Source of the DNA: a virus
Taxonomy: Duplodnaviria; Caudoviricetes
DNA length: 31,405 bases
Direction: 5' to 3' (one strand)
IMG/VR virus record: IMGVR_UViG_3300033485_000059
Location: 1 to 31,405 of that record
The notes under the pieces are model-generated. The model searched no databases, was not told the origin of the DNA, and was given only the letters and a program-made list of their open reading frames with translations. Of the stretch, positions 17,254 to 26,658 are shown piece after piece (position 1 is the first letter of the stretch; each line of letters starts with the position of its first letter). The position numbers and the translations under genes were made by a program.

Positions 17254-17850
17254 GTGGCCGGAGAGGTAGGGATCAGGCTGGACCCCGACCCTCTGCGGGG
17301 TCTAGCCCGATCCCTCCGCAAGCTGAACACCGACCTGTCGAAGGGGTTCAGCAAGGAGATGCGGCACGCGATCCAGCCGGTCGTGGACGCGGAGAAGAAG
17401 GCCGCCCTGTCGGCCGGGGCCCGGCGGGGCGCTTCCCCGTCACGCCGGAAGATGTCGAGGGTCAACCGGGCCACCGGGTGGCGTCCCCAGCAGAACCCTC
17501 GGGGGTCACTGCGGCACGCCCTGGCCGCGTCGATCCGGCAGGACACCGCCTTGTCCGGCGGGAAGATGACCAGGGTCGGGGTGAAGATGTCCGGCACCTC
17601 GTTCGCGAGGAGCCTGCGGTCCCAGCGCGGCCGGTCACGGTCGGCTGAGAAGCTCCCCCGCTACATCGAGGGCGACGTCCCCCGGTGGCGGCACCCGATG
17701 ATGGGGCAGCGGCAGGAGTGGCATGCCTCCCAGCCGATGCCGTTCTTCCGCGACACCGGGAAGGCGATGACCCCGCAAGTCGTGGCGGCGATGGGCCGCG
17801 TCATGGAGTCTTACGCTCGGCGCATCCCGAAGGGATGGCAGGTCAAGTGA
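17254..17850 (+). CDS. basic hypothetical tail-completion-like protein (HK97 gp10-like)
   Basis: 198 aa, R/K-rich; L...LRK...L...M, WRHP..G...W..Q..PFF pattern; lies in the tail module. Confidence 0.55.
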   Translation: MAGEVGIRLDPDPLRGLARSLRKLNTDLSKGFSKEMRHAIQPVVDAEKKAALSAGARRGASPSRRKMSRVNRATGWRPQQNPRGSLRHALAASIRQDTALSGGKMTRVGVKMSGTSFARSLRSQRGRSRSAEKLPRYIEGDVPRWRHPMMGQRQEWHASQPMPFFRDTGKAMTPQVVAAMGRVMESYARRIPKGWQVK

Positions 17851-17860
17851 CGGAGGCAGG

Positions 17861-18157
17861 GTGAAGATCGAGCTGGACTACCAGGGAGAGACCTACGAGG
17901 TCGAGACTGACCGGGTCCTCGACTGGGACGAGGGCGTGCTGATCGAGCAGATCTGGGGCGGCCCGATCCCCAAGTGGGAGAAGGCCGTGCAGGACGGCTA
18001 CCTCTCCGCGATCAAGCCGTTCCTGTTCGTCTACGTCAAGAGGCGTCTCCCCGAGATCCGGTACAAGGACTTCAACTTCCCCCTCGACGCGGTGCGGTTC
18101 ATCGAGGAGGAGGGCGACGACGATGGGCCGGGGGAATCGGAGGGCGAGGACTCGTAA
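17861..18157 (+). CDS. tail assembly chaperone (G)
   Basis: GGAGG RBS; acidic 98-aa protein before the tape measure gene, with a slippery site near its 3' end. Confidence 0.8.
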   Translation: MKIELDYQGETYEVETDRVLDWDEGVLIEQIWGGPIPKWEKAVQDGYLSAIKPFLFVYVKRRLPEIRYKDFNFPLDAVRFIEEEGDDDGPGESEGEDS

Positions 18158-18297
18158 GGCAGCGCATCGAGTACCTCGCCGTCTTCGCGCACCTGTTCGG
18201 CATCCGGCCGTGGGAGACGAGGCTGCTGACGGTCGGCGAGTTCCGTGCGCTGGCACAGGCTGCCGATGACTGGCATGAGCGGTCCAAGGAGGTCTGA
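18130..18297 (+). CDS. -1 frameshift extension of the tail assembly chaperone (GT)
   Basis: G GGG GAA at 18130-18136. The -1 frame is open to TGA 18297 and reads GIGGRGLVRQRIEYLAVFAHLFGIRPWETRLLTVGEF. Confidence 0.75.
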   Translation, partial: GGIGGRGLVRQRIEYLAVFAHLFGIRPWETRLLTVGEFRALAQAADDWHERSKEV

Positions 18298-18300
18298 ACG

Positions 18301-20544
18301 ATGGGCGTGAACACCGACGTCGTCCTGAGGTTCGTCGGGAAGGACGACACGCAGGGGGCGTTCCGCTCTGTCGACAAGAGCCTCACGGCGACGATCACCA
18401 AGGGCTCGGCCATCGGGTCGATGCTCGGCGGCCTGGCGACCCGGGGGGTCTCGGCGGCGGCCAGCGGGATCGCCGGGATGGTCAAGACGGGCCTGGCCGG
18501 GGCGAGCGCCTACGAGCAGAGTAACCAGGCGTTCACGAAGATGCTCGGCTCGGCCGCCGCCGCCAAGACGTTCCTCGATGACCTGCGGGTCGCCGCCGCC
18601 GCCACGCCCTTTGAGCTGCCCGACCTCATCGAGGGGTCGAAGCGCCTGATGGCGTTCGGGTGGAACGCGAAGGAGGCCAAGGACATCCTCCTCGTCGCCG
18701 GGGACGCGGCGGCCGGGATGGGCTCCGGCGCGGAGGGAATCGACCGGATCACCCGGGCCCTCGGCCAGATGCGAGCCAAGGGCAAGGTGAGCGGCGAGGA
18801 GATGATGCAGCTCGCCGAGATGGGCATCCCCGCCTGGCAGTACCTCGCCGACGCGATGGGGAAGAGCATCCCCGAGGTCCAGAAGATGAGCGAGAAGGGG
18901 CTCATCCCGGCGACCAAGGCCGTCAAGGCGATCACCGACGGGCTACGGGACGGCACCAAGAACGCCCAGGGCTTCGGCGGCATGATGGACAAGCAGAGCC
19001 AGACCCTTGAGGGCCGCATGTCGACCCTCAAGGACACCATCGGCAACGCCCTGACCGACCTGTTCCTGCCGATGCTCCCGGCCATCAACACGGTGATCAT
19101 CAGCCTCACCGAGAAGCTGGGCACCATCGGCCCGAAGATCAACGAGTTCATGGCGAAGGCCGCCCCCACCATCGCGGCCGTGTCGAAGTTCTTCGCCGAG
19201 TCCCTGCTCCCCGCCGTCCAGCGTGTCGCCGAGGTCGTCGTCACCCAGCTCGTCCCGGCATTCGTCAAGATGCTCCCCGTCCTCGCCGGAGTGGTGACCT
19301 GGGTGAAGAACAACGCGACCTGGCTGGTGAAGGTCGCCGCAGGTCTCGCTCTGGTAACGGTCGCGGTGAAGGGCGGGACCGCCGCCTACCGGGCGGGGAC
19401 CGCTGTCCTCCACGCCTACCGGGCCGCGAAGCAGACGATGGTCCTGTGGACCTACTCGTCCCGCCTGGCGCACCTGAAGAGCACGGCCGCCATCGTCGCG
19501 CACAAGATGGCGACCATCGCCCACACCGCCGTCGAGAAGTCGGCGGCCGTCGCGACCCGGCTCTGGGCCGGTGCCCAGGCCCTCGCCCACGGTGCCCTCA
19601 ACGTGGGGAAGCTCATCGCCCACAAGGCCGCCCTGGCCGCGCACACTGCGGCGGCGGCGCTGGCCCGGGGCGCTGCCCTCGCGTGGGCCGGTGCCCAGGC
19701 CCTCGCCCACGGCGCGATGAACCTGGCGAAGCTGGCCGCGCATACCGCCGCCGTCGTCGCCTCGACCGTCGCGCAGAAGGCCATCGCCGTCGCCACGAAG
19801 GCATGGGCCGCAGCGCAGTGGCTGATCAACGTGGCGATGAGCATGAACCCCATCGGGCTGGTGATCGCGGCCATCGCCGCGCTGGTCGCCGCCATCGTCA
19901 TCGTCTGGCGCAAGTCGGAGGGATTCCGCGAGGTCGTCCGCGCAGTGTGGGAGGGGATCAAGGTCGCGTTCAGCGCGGGGGTCGCCTGGGTGAAACGCGT
20001 CCTTCAGGCCGGGTGGGACATCCTCAAGAAGATCTTCTCCTGGTCGCCGATGGGCATCATCGTCACCAACTTCGACAAGATCATCGGATGGTTCAAGGGC
20101 TTGCCCGGCAAGATCGGGGCGGCGCTCACCACGATCAAGGACGTCTTCCTCGGACCGTTCAAGGCCGCGTTCAACGCGGTCGCCAGGGCGTGGAACAACG
20201 GGCCGGGCAAGCTCAGCTTCAAGACCCCCGGGTGGATGGGACCGTTCGGCGGCAAGGGATTCGACATGCCGGACATGCCGATCCTCGACTCCGGTGGAAT
20301 CGTGCGCGGACCCACCCTCGCCATGCTCGCCATGAACAACCGGCCCGAGCTGATCGTCCCCCTCGATGACGTGCGGACCATGCCGAAGCCCCGGCCCATC
20401 CCATCGGCGGCACGCCCCCAGCCCGAGCTGCACATCCATCTCCCCGAGGGCCCCTACCTCGGCGACAAGCGCGCCGTGAGCGCCTGGGTCGTGGACGCGC
20501 TGAACACCGCAGCGGCCAGGGGATACAGGCCGAAGATCGCATAG
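18301..20544 (+). CDS. tape measure protein
   Basis: 747 aa, Ala-rich and helical. AAATPFELPDL, ALGQM..KGKV.GEEMMQLAE.GIP and NPIGLVIAAIAALVAA...SEGFR motifs. A 29-nt exact repeat at 19564-19592 and 19684-19712 (120-nt period). Confidence 0.95.
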   Translation: MGVNTDVVLRFVGKDDTQGAFRSVDKSLTATITKGSAIGSMLGGLATRGVSAAASGIAGMVKTGLAGASAYEQSNQAFTKMLGSAAAAKTFLDDLRVAAAATPFELPDLIEGSKRLMAFGWNAKEAKDILLVAGDAAAGMGSGAEGIDRITRALGQMRAKGKVSGEEMMQLAEMGIPAWQYLADAMGKSIPEVQKMSEKGLIPATKAVKAITDGLRDGTKNAQGFGGMMDKQSQTLEGRMSTLKDTIGNALTDLFLPMLPAINTVIISLTEKLGTIGPKINEFMAKAAPTIAAVSKFFAESLLPAVQRVAEVVVTQLVPAFVKMLPVLAGVVTWVKNNATWLVKVAAGLALVTVAVKGGTAAYRAGTAVLHAYRAAKQTMVLWTYSSRLAHLKSTAAIVAHKMATIAHTAVEKSAAVATRLWAGAQALAHGALNVGKLIAHKAALAAHTAAAALARGAALAWAGAQALAHGAMNLAKLAAHTAAVVASTVAQKAIAVATKAWAAAQWLINVAMSMNPIGLVIAAIAALVAAIVIVWRKSEGFREVVRAVWEGIKVAFSAGVAWVKRVLQAGWDILKKIFSWSPMGIIVTNFDKIIGWFKGLPGKIGAALTTIKDVFLGPFKAAFNAVARAWNNGPGKLSFKTPGWMGPFGGKGFDMPDMPILDSGGIVRGPTLAMLAMNNRPELIVPLDDVRTMPKPRPIPSAARPQPELHIHLPEGPYLGDKRAVSAWVVDALNTAAARGYRPKIA

Positions 20545-20557
20545 GAGGACAACGAAC

Positions 20558-21007
20558 ATGGCGGTCTACCAGTACGGGCACGCGGCCGAGTACCTGCTGC
20601 GCGGCTACTTCGGCGACCTGGCCTCGGCCGGGGTGACCGTCAAGTTCGCCCTCGTCACCTCCAGCTACACCTTCGACGCCGACGGGCACGACGCCTGGGC
20701 CGACATCAGCGGGGAGGTCGCCGCAGGCAACGGTTACAGCTCCGGCGGCTACACCCTGACGTCGAAGGCGGTGAGCTACAACACCTCGGTCAACCGTGGG
20801 ATCTTCACCGCCGCGAACGCGCAGTGGACGGTGGGCTCGGGCCAGACCCTGACCGCCCGAGGCGGGATCTGCTACCTCTACAACGCGACCCCCGCCAACG
20901 CGTACCTGCTGACCTACTTCGATTTCGAGAGCGACAAGGTCACCAGTAACGACACGTTCGTGGTCGCACCCGATTCCTCCTACGGCTACTTCTACATCCA
21001 GGCCTGA
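20558..21007 (+). CDS. virion structural protein (fibre/spike base-like), probable paralog of 10176..10658
   Basis: AGGAGG RBS; VKFALVTSSYTFD, EV..GNGYSSGG.TL, WT, LLTYFDF motifs. Confidence 0.65.
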   Translation: MAVYQYGHAAEYLLRGYFGDLASAGVTVKFALVTSSYTFDADGHDAWADISGEVAAGNGYSSGGYTLTSKAVSYNTSVNRGIFTAANAQWTVGSGQTLTARGGICYLYNATPANAYLLTYFDFESDKVTSNDTFVVAPDSSYGYFYIQA

Positions 21008-21010
21008 GCC

Positions 21011-21991
21011 GTGGCGATCCACGTCTCGGCGAGGAAGGGCTACCCCGGCGCGGTCGATGACCCGCGCCCACCGCCCCCCGAGGGGCTGCCCGGGCAGCCC
21101 CCGAGCGGCTACTTCTACTGGGGGAGCTCGGTCGGGGACAACGCCCTCGGGGCCGGTAGCGACCCGACCATCGCCGAATTTGAGGCCTGGCTAGGGGTTC
21201 CTCTCACCGCCTACCGGGGCTACGTCTCCAAGGCGACCGTCGACTCCGGTCTGACCCAGGCGCAGAACGCTCTGCGGACCCGAATCAGCAACGCCCTCGC
21301 GACCCGGGCGCTGCCGTTCGTCTCGACCAAGACGCCGTCCAACGACTGGGCGGGGATCGCTGCCGGGGAGCGGAATGCGTGGCTCGACGGCATGCTCGAC
21401 GTCGCGTGCTCTTTCACCGATGCGGTGTGGCTGGTCTTCCACCATGAGCCGAAGGGCGACGGGACGCCGACCGACTTCAAGGCGATGCAGCGGTACATCA
21501 GGGCGCGGCTGGAGGCTCGCAGCGACGGCGGCAACGTCTACCTGTGGGCGATCCTCAACGGCTACCAGTTCGTGGAGGACTTGGCCGGGTTCAGGGCGTG
21601 GCGGCACGACGACGGCGTCCATGCCTTCGGTTACGACCGCTACTACCCCGGGAATTTCTCGTCCCCGGCGTCGGCCGAGGGGGCGCTCGACCCGGCCTAC
21701 GAGATCAGCGACTGGGGCTACAAGACGGCCATCTGCGAGACCGGGTGCCTCACCGACACCAGCAACCGGGGCCGGGCCGAGGACTGGGTGGAGGATCTCT
21801 ACTCCCGGGCCCACACGCACGGGGGGGTCGAGGCCGTCTGCTGGTGGAACCAGGCCCAGTACCGGATGCGCTACCTCGGGGCGACTGAGAACCTCGACAG
21901 TCCCGACTACGAGCGCAGGCGGGGGTGGCGCACCTGCTACGCCGGGTCGTGGACCTACGCGATGCCCACCGTGCCGGTCAACTACGGGTGA
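21011..21991 (+). CDS. GH26-like (clan GH-A) glycoside hydrolase in the tail module
   Basis: Pro-rich N-terminal linker; WLVFHHEP (acid/base), FGYDRY and AICETG (nucleophile) motifs. Confidence 0.65.
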   Translation: MAIHVSARKGYPGAVDDPRPPPPEGLPGQPPSGYFYWGSSVGDNALGAGSDPTIAEFEAWLGVPLTAYRGYVSKATVDSGLTQAQNALRTRISNALATRALPFVSTKTPSNDWAGIAAGERNAWLDGMLDVACSFTDAVWLVFHHEPKGDGTPTDFKAMQRYIRARLEARSDGGNVYLWAILNGYQFVEDLAGFRAWRHDDGVHAFGYDRYYPGNFSSPASAEGALDPAYEISDWGYKTAICETGCLTDTSNRGRAEDWVEDLYSRAHTHGGVEAVCWWNQAQYRMRYLGATENLDSPDYERRRGWRTCYAGSWTYAMPTVPVNYG

Positions 21992-21999
21992 GGTGAGGC

Positions 22000-24900
22000 A
22001 TGGCGACGTCAGTCATCGGCACCTCGGGCAACGACGCCGGGACGGGATCGAGCACGACCCCCCGGCTCACCATGCCCAGCGGGATCAACGCGGGGGACGT
22101 CGCCGTCTACGCGGTCCACTGGAACACCTCGGACACGGTCTCGTCCTTCACCGGCTGGACCCAGGTGTCCGGCTCCCCGCTGACCGGCAACGGCACGCTC
22201 TACAGCGCCTGCTACTACCGGGTCTGCGACGGGACCGAGGGCGGTGACAGTGTCGGCCCGACGATGAGCGGCGGCTGCCGGTGGGTGGTGCAGTGCGTCG
22301 TCGTCCGAGGGGCGACCCCCGGGCTGGACAACGTCGCCACCCTCCAGCGGACCCTCACCTCCGACACGACGACCCTCACCCTCGCCGGGATCACCCCGGT
22401 CGCCAACAACTGCCTGATGATCGGGCTCGGCGGTGCCCTGACCTCGGCGAACGGCGCGATCCTCGACTACACCCCCGGCTCGGGATGGACCGAGCGCGCC
22501 GACGACTGCTGCGCCTACGCCTCCGCCCCGAACCGCCCGGCCATCATCCAGACCAAGCAATTGACGGGGCAGGCCGGGTCGGCGCAGGGAACCTCCACCG
22601 CGACCGCCTCGGGGAACATCACCCGGCAGAACACCTTCATGGTGACTGTCGCCCCGTCCGGCGGCGGCGTCACCGTGACCCCCGGCGCGTTCACCCTCGC
22701 CTCGCCCACCCTGGAGACCGGCGACGGGGTGACCATGACGGCCATCCCGGCCGTCGGCGGTCTCCCGTCGCACTTCGCCCTCGTCGGGGCCCCGGGCGTT
22801 CGGACCTACACCACGGGCGTGCCCACCGGGTCCCGGGTCGACCTGGCCCCGGCCGGGTTCGTCTTCACCGCCGTCGACCCCTACTACGTCGGCCCCGTCG
22901 GATACTCAGGCGACGGTGTCAGCGTTCACTTCCTCGTCAACGACAACTGGGTGGACCTCGGGGACCGGGTCGCGCTCGACGGGCCCGGGATCGTCTACAG
23001 CTACGGCAAGCCGACACGGTGGGACGACCTCGCCCCCGGGACGGCGAACCTCACCCTCCGCAACAACGACGGGGCCGTCACGCCGGACTCCCCCGCCGCG
23101 ACCTACCCGATCACCCGGGGCACGAAGCTGCGGATCACCCACCGCTCCGGCGGGGTCAACACCGTCGTGTTCCAGGGCAGGGTGGACGCCGCGACCCTCG
23201 ACGCGTCCAACGGCCTACCCGGCTCGACCGTCACCATCTCCGCATCCGACCAGCTCGCCGTCCTCGGCCGGGTCAAGGGCGTGCCCATCCCCGAGCAGCG
23301 CGCCAAAGCCCACCCGGGCCTGTGCGTCTGGCTGCCGATGGACGACCCCGAGGGGTCGAGGGCGCTCCGCAACGTCGGCCACGGCCGGTCCGCGATGAAC
23401 CTCACCGGCCCCGCCGACGTGCGAGCGGCAAGCATCGTGCCGAGCCGCTACGGTTTCGGATCGGTCACGGTCGGCGGGGACCCCGAGGGGCTCACCCTCG
23501 ACGGCATGGTGGAGATCACCCGGTCCGACACCGTCCCGTCCTACGGCCCGGTCGTGCGTGCCACCTACGGGCAGCGGAGTCTCCTCCTGCGCCGGATCGA
23601 GTTCTGGTTCCGCACCACCGACGAGCCTGCGACCGGGCAGACGTTCGTCCTGTTCAGCGCGACCCACCCCTACTCCCCGGTCCTGCCGAGCATCATGGTC
23701 GGCTACAGCGCCGCAGACCCTGAGCGTCGGTGCCGGGTCTGGTACGACGACGGGTCCGGCGTCGAGGGCAACACCTCGCCCCCGGCCGTGCAGTTCACCA
23801 CCGGCGGCCGGATGAACAGCGGAGTGTGGCGGCACGTCCGGCTGGACATCGACACCGTCGGCTGGACGACCACCGGGGTGTTCCTCGACGGCGAGCCGCT
23901 CGGCACGGTCCCCGCCTACAACTGGGTGGAGAGCGAGGAGCTCTTCCTCGGCGGCCAGGTCAAGCCCCGGGTCGCCGGGGGCCAGTGGCAGGTCCCGAAT
24001 GCGGCCTACGCCGGGCTCGGCGTCTGGTCCTACTCGACCGACACCGCCTGGACGGTCTACCCCGACACCTGGACCCCGGCGCTGCTCACCTCGACCGACG
24101 GCGCGGCCACGCGGATCTCCGACCTCCTCAGCATGGCCGGGCTGCCGGTCGAGGTGTCGGAGACCGAGGAGACCACCGTCGGGGCGCAGAAGACCGGCGG
24201 GGACACCAGCCTCGTCGCATCCCTGTCCGACGTCCTCCGCACCACCGGGGGAAGACTCGACCTCGACCCGGCCCTCGGGGCCGACGGTGTCATCGTCGTG
24301 TCGTCCGCAGACGACATCGGGCCGACACCGGCCGTGACCCTCGACCTGGCCCTCGACATCGACGTCGGGGTCGGGGGTCTCGTCTGGCAGCAGGACGGCG
24401 ACCAGATCGCGACGAGAGTCACCGCGTCGGCCCCCCTCGGGTCGGTCACCCTCGCCGACCCCGACCTGGAGCCGACGACCGAGTACAGCGTCGACGCCCA
24501 GGTCCAGACCGTCGCCGCAACCCCGACACGGCTGGTTGAGCTGGCCGGGGCGCGGCTCACGATGGCGACCGGCCGCCGACGGCTCGCCGCCGTCACCGTC
24601 GACACCGGCTCCTCCCAGACCTCGGGGCTGGCCCAGGCCATGCTGCGCCCGGTCCCCGGGTCGAGAGTCAGGGTGACGTCGCTCCCCGGCAGCTACTTCG
24701 GCCGGACCTGGGAAGACGGCATCATCGAGCAGGTCACCGTCACGCTCCGGCGGCACGGCCCGGTCACCACGCTGGTCCTGTCCCCGGCCGACGTGCCGAG
24801 CGCCGAGGGCCTGTTCGATGACACCGAGCGGGGCCGGTTCGCCGCCGACGGGCAGACCCTCTACAACCCCATCGCCGCCGCCGACACGACCCTGACCGTC

Positions 24901-25551
24901 GCCACCCCAGCCGGGAAGCCGACGATCACCGTCGCCTCCGACGACTTCCCCATCGACCTCGACGTCGGCGGGGAGCGGATCAGGGTCGTCTCAACCCTGG
25001 TCCCGAACGGCACATTTGAGACCGACGTGTCCGGCTGGACCGCGTGGTTCGGCTCCCCGGTCACCATCGCCCGGTCGACCGCGCAGCACCACACCGGGGC
25101 CGCGTCGGCGCTGCTCACCCTCACCTCGACCACCTCGGTGTCGATGGGCTGCTCGGTCGCGACGATCCCCGGCGAGACGTACACGCTCAGCGCGTGGATC
25201 TACATCCCCGCCAGCGGTGGCGTCACGTCGGCCAGGATCGAGCCCCTGTTTGAGGCCTCTGGGCCGAACGTCACCACCAAAGGGTCCTGGCAGAAGAGCA
25301 CGGTCACCTGGGTCGCCGACGACACCTACTGCTGGGTGTCGATGAGCCTCGACGGGTCGAGCGGCCAGACCGCCTACTACGACGACGTCCGGCTCCTGTA
25401 CGGGTCGAACAGCCTCGATGACGCGGTCCTGCCGGGCAGCACGTCGCCGCAGACCTTCTACGTCGCCCGGGGGATCGCGCCGACGATTGCAGTGGCGCAT
25501 CCTGATGAGACGCCCGTCCGGGTCTGGCAGGAGTCGGTGTTCGGGATCTAG
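22000..25551 (+). CDS. large multidomain tail-tip / minor tail protein
   Basis: GAGGTGAGG RBS; 1183 aa. N-terminal domain resembles the N-terminus of 10718..14725. Then PGTANLTLRNNDG tail-hub-like region, LamG/concanavalin-like region (WLPMDD...IEFWFRT...WRHV) and a CBM-like module (VPNGTFETDVSGW...YYDDVRL). Confidence 0.75.
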   Translation: MATSVIGTSGNDAGTGSSTTPRLTMPSGINAGDVAVYAVHWNTSDTVSSFTGWTQVSGSPLTGNGTLYSACYYRVCDGTEGGDSVGPTMSGGCRWVVQCVVVRGATPGLDNVATLQRTLTSDTTTLTLAGITPVANNCLMIGLGGALTSANGAILDYTPGSGWTERADDCCAYASAPNRPAIIQTKQLTGQAGSAQGTSTATASGNITRQNTFMVTVAPSGGGVTVTPGAFTLASPTLETGDGVTMTAIPAVGGLPSHFALVGAPGVRTYTTGVPTGSRVDLAPAGFVFTAVDPYYVGPVGYSGDGVSVHFLVNDNWVDLGDRVALDGPGIVYSYGKPTRWDDLAPGTANLTLRNNDGAVTPDSPAATYPITRGTKLRITHRSGGVNTVVFQGRVDAATLDASNGLPGSTVTISASDQLAVLGRVKGVPIPEQRAKAHPGLCVWLPMDDPEGSRALRNVGHGRSAMNLTGPADVRAASIVPSRYGFGSVTVGGDPEGLTLDGMVEITRSDTVPSYGPVVRATYGQRSLLLRRIEFWFRTTDEPATGQTFVLFSATHPYSPVLPSIMVGYSAADPERRCRVWYDDGSGVEGNTSPPAVQFTTGGRMNSGVWRHVRLDIDTVGWTTTGVFLDGEPLGTVPAYNWVESEELFLGGQVKPRVAGGQWQVPNAAYAGLGVWSYSTDTAWTVYPDTWTPALLTSTDGAATRISDLLSMAGLPVEVSETEETTVGAQKTGGDTSLVASLSDVLRTTGGRLDLDPALGADGVIVVSSADDIGPTPAVTLDLALDIDVGVGGLVWQQDGDQIATRVTASAPLGSVTLADPDLEPTTEYSVDAQVQTVAATPTRLVELAGARLTMATGRRRLAAVTVDTGSSQTSGLAQAMLRPVPGSRVRVTSLPGSYFGRTWEDGIIEQVTVTLRRHGPVTTLVLSPADVPSAEGLFDDTERGRFAADGQTLYNPIAAADTTLTVATPAGKPTITVASDDFPIDLDVGGERIRVVSTLVPNGTFETDVSGWTAWFGSPVTIARSTAQHHTGAASALLTLTSTTSVSMGCSVATIPGETYTLSAWIYIPASGGVTSARIEPLFEASGPNVTTKGSWQKSTVTWVADDTYCWVSMSLDGSSGQTAYYDDVRLLYGSNSLDDAVLPGSTSPQTFYVARGIAPTIAVAHPDETPVRVWQESVFGI

Positions 25552-25563
25552 CGGAGGAGAAGC

Positions 25564-26106
25564 ATGACGGCGATCCCCAGCCAGCAGACCGTGTCGGTCG
25601 GGCAGAAGGTCAAGGCGTCCCTGTGGAACGACGACGTCCGAGACCTCGCCAACTTCCTGCTCAACCCGCCGAGCGTGCGGTCCTACCAGGCGTTCGTCAC
25701 CACGACGATGGGCACCTCGGGCACGACCTATGTCATCGGGCTGGACTGGGAGGAGTGGGATACCTGCTCGATGCACGCCGGGGGAACCGTTTCCAAGCAC
25801 TACGCCGTCTACCCAGGCAAGTACCACGTCCTGGCGCAGACCAGCTTCGCGGCCGACGCCGACGGGCAGCGGTACGTCTACATCCGCAAGAACGCCAACG
25901 GAAGCGCAACCGGCGGCACCCTCATCCAGGCCGTGTCCTGCGACGCGGTCGGCTCGGGCAGCACCAGCCTGATGGCCCAGGTCGAGGTGTCGCTCGCCGA
26001 GAACGACTACCTGGAGATGTTCGCCATGCACACCGCCGGGAATTCACTCGCGACCAACGCGGGGATCTCCGCGACCTTCTTCTCGATGACGTGGCGGGGG
26101 GCATGA
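25564..26106 (+). CDS. minor tail protein with C1q/TNF-like beta-sandwich
   Basis: GGAGGAG RBS; ASLWNDDVRD...FL.NPP N-terminus; PGKYHV.AQ..F and V.LAENDYLEM motifs. Confidence 0.65.
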   Translation: MTAIPSQQTVSVGQKVKASLWNDDVRDLANFLLNPPSVRSYQAFVTTTMGTSGTTYVIGLDWEEWDTCSMHAGGTVSKHYAVYPGKYHVLAQTSFAADADGQRYVYIRKNANGSATGGTLIQAVSCDAVGSGSTSLMAQVEVSLAENDYLEMFAMHTAGNSLATNAGISATFFSMTWRGA

Positions 26107-26450
26107 ACGGAGTTGAAGACGGCGGGATACATGTAGAGCGCAGACTCGACGCCATCCTCGACGCCGTCAGCTCGCTGCGGTCCGAGGTCTCCGAGATGAC
26201 CGCGTGGGTCAAGGCCGAACGCGAACGGATGGACCGGGTCCAGACCGACCTCATGCACCTCCGCGACCGCCATGAGACCGACCTCCGCGCAGTGCTGGCC
26301 CGGGAAGACCTCTACGCCACCAAGAGTGAGCTGGCCGCGCTGGAGTCGGAGATGGTCACCAGGCAGCGGTGGATCGTCGGCCTACTCGTCACCATCCTGC
26401 TCGCGGTGGCCGGAGCGGCCATCACCCTGTTCCCACACCTAGGAGGATGA
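26103..26450 (+). CDS. coiled-coil protein with C-terminal TM helix (lysis-cassette membrane protein)
   Basis: ATGA overlap at 26103 in the frame of ORF 25623..26450; heptad pattern followed by RWIVGLLVTILLAVAGAAITLF. Confidence 0.7.
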   Translation: MNGVEDGGIHVERRLDAILDAVSSLRSEVSEMTAWVKAERERMDRVQTDLMHLRDRHETDLRAVLAREDLYATKSELAALESEMVTRQRWIVGLLVTILLAVAGAAITLFPHLGG

Positions 26451-26457
26451 ACCCCCC

Positions 26458-26658
26458 ATGAGCCCCTTCGCACGCGACTGGTTGGAGCGGGTCCTTTGGA
26501 CCCTGGCGCAGGTCATCATCGGCGTGCTCATCGTGGAGACCGCCGACCTGCCCTACTGGTGGGTCGCCCCCCTCGCCGCCGTCCTGTCGGCCCTCAAGGG
26601 CCTGATCGCCCGTAAGGTCGGCGACCCGAACAGTGCCTCGCTCGGCGGTGACGTGTGA
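26458..26658 (+). CDS. holin (r1t-like, 2 TM)
   Basis: AGGAGG RBS; F.RD.LER..WT.AQ N-terminus and AAVLS.LK.L.A..VGDP.SASL C-terminus; adjacent to the endolysin. Confidence 0.8.
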   Translation: MSPFARDWLERVLWTLAQVIIGVLIVETADLPYWWVAPLAAVLSALKGLIARKVGDPNSASLGGDV

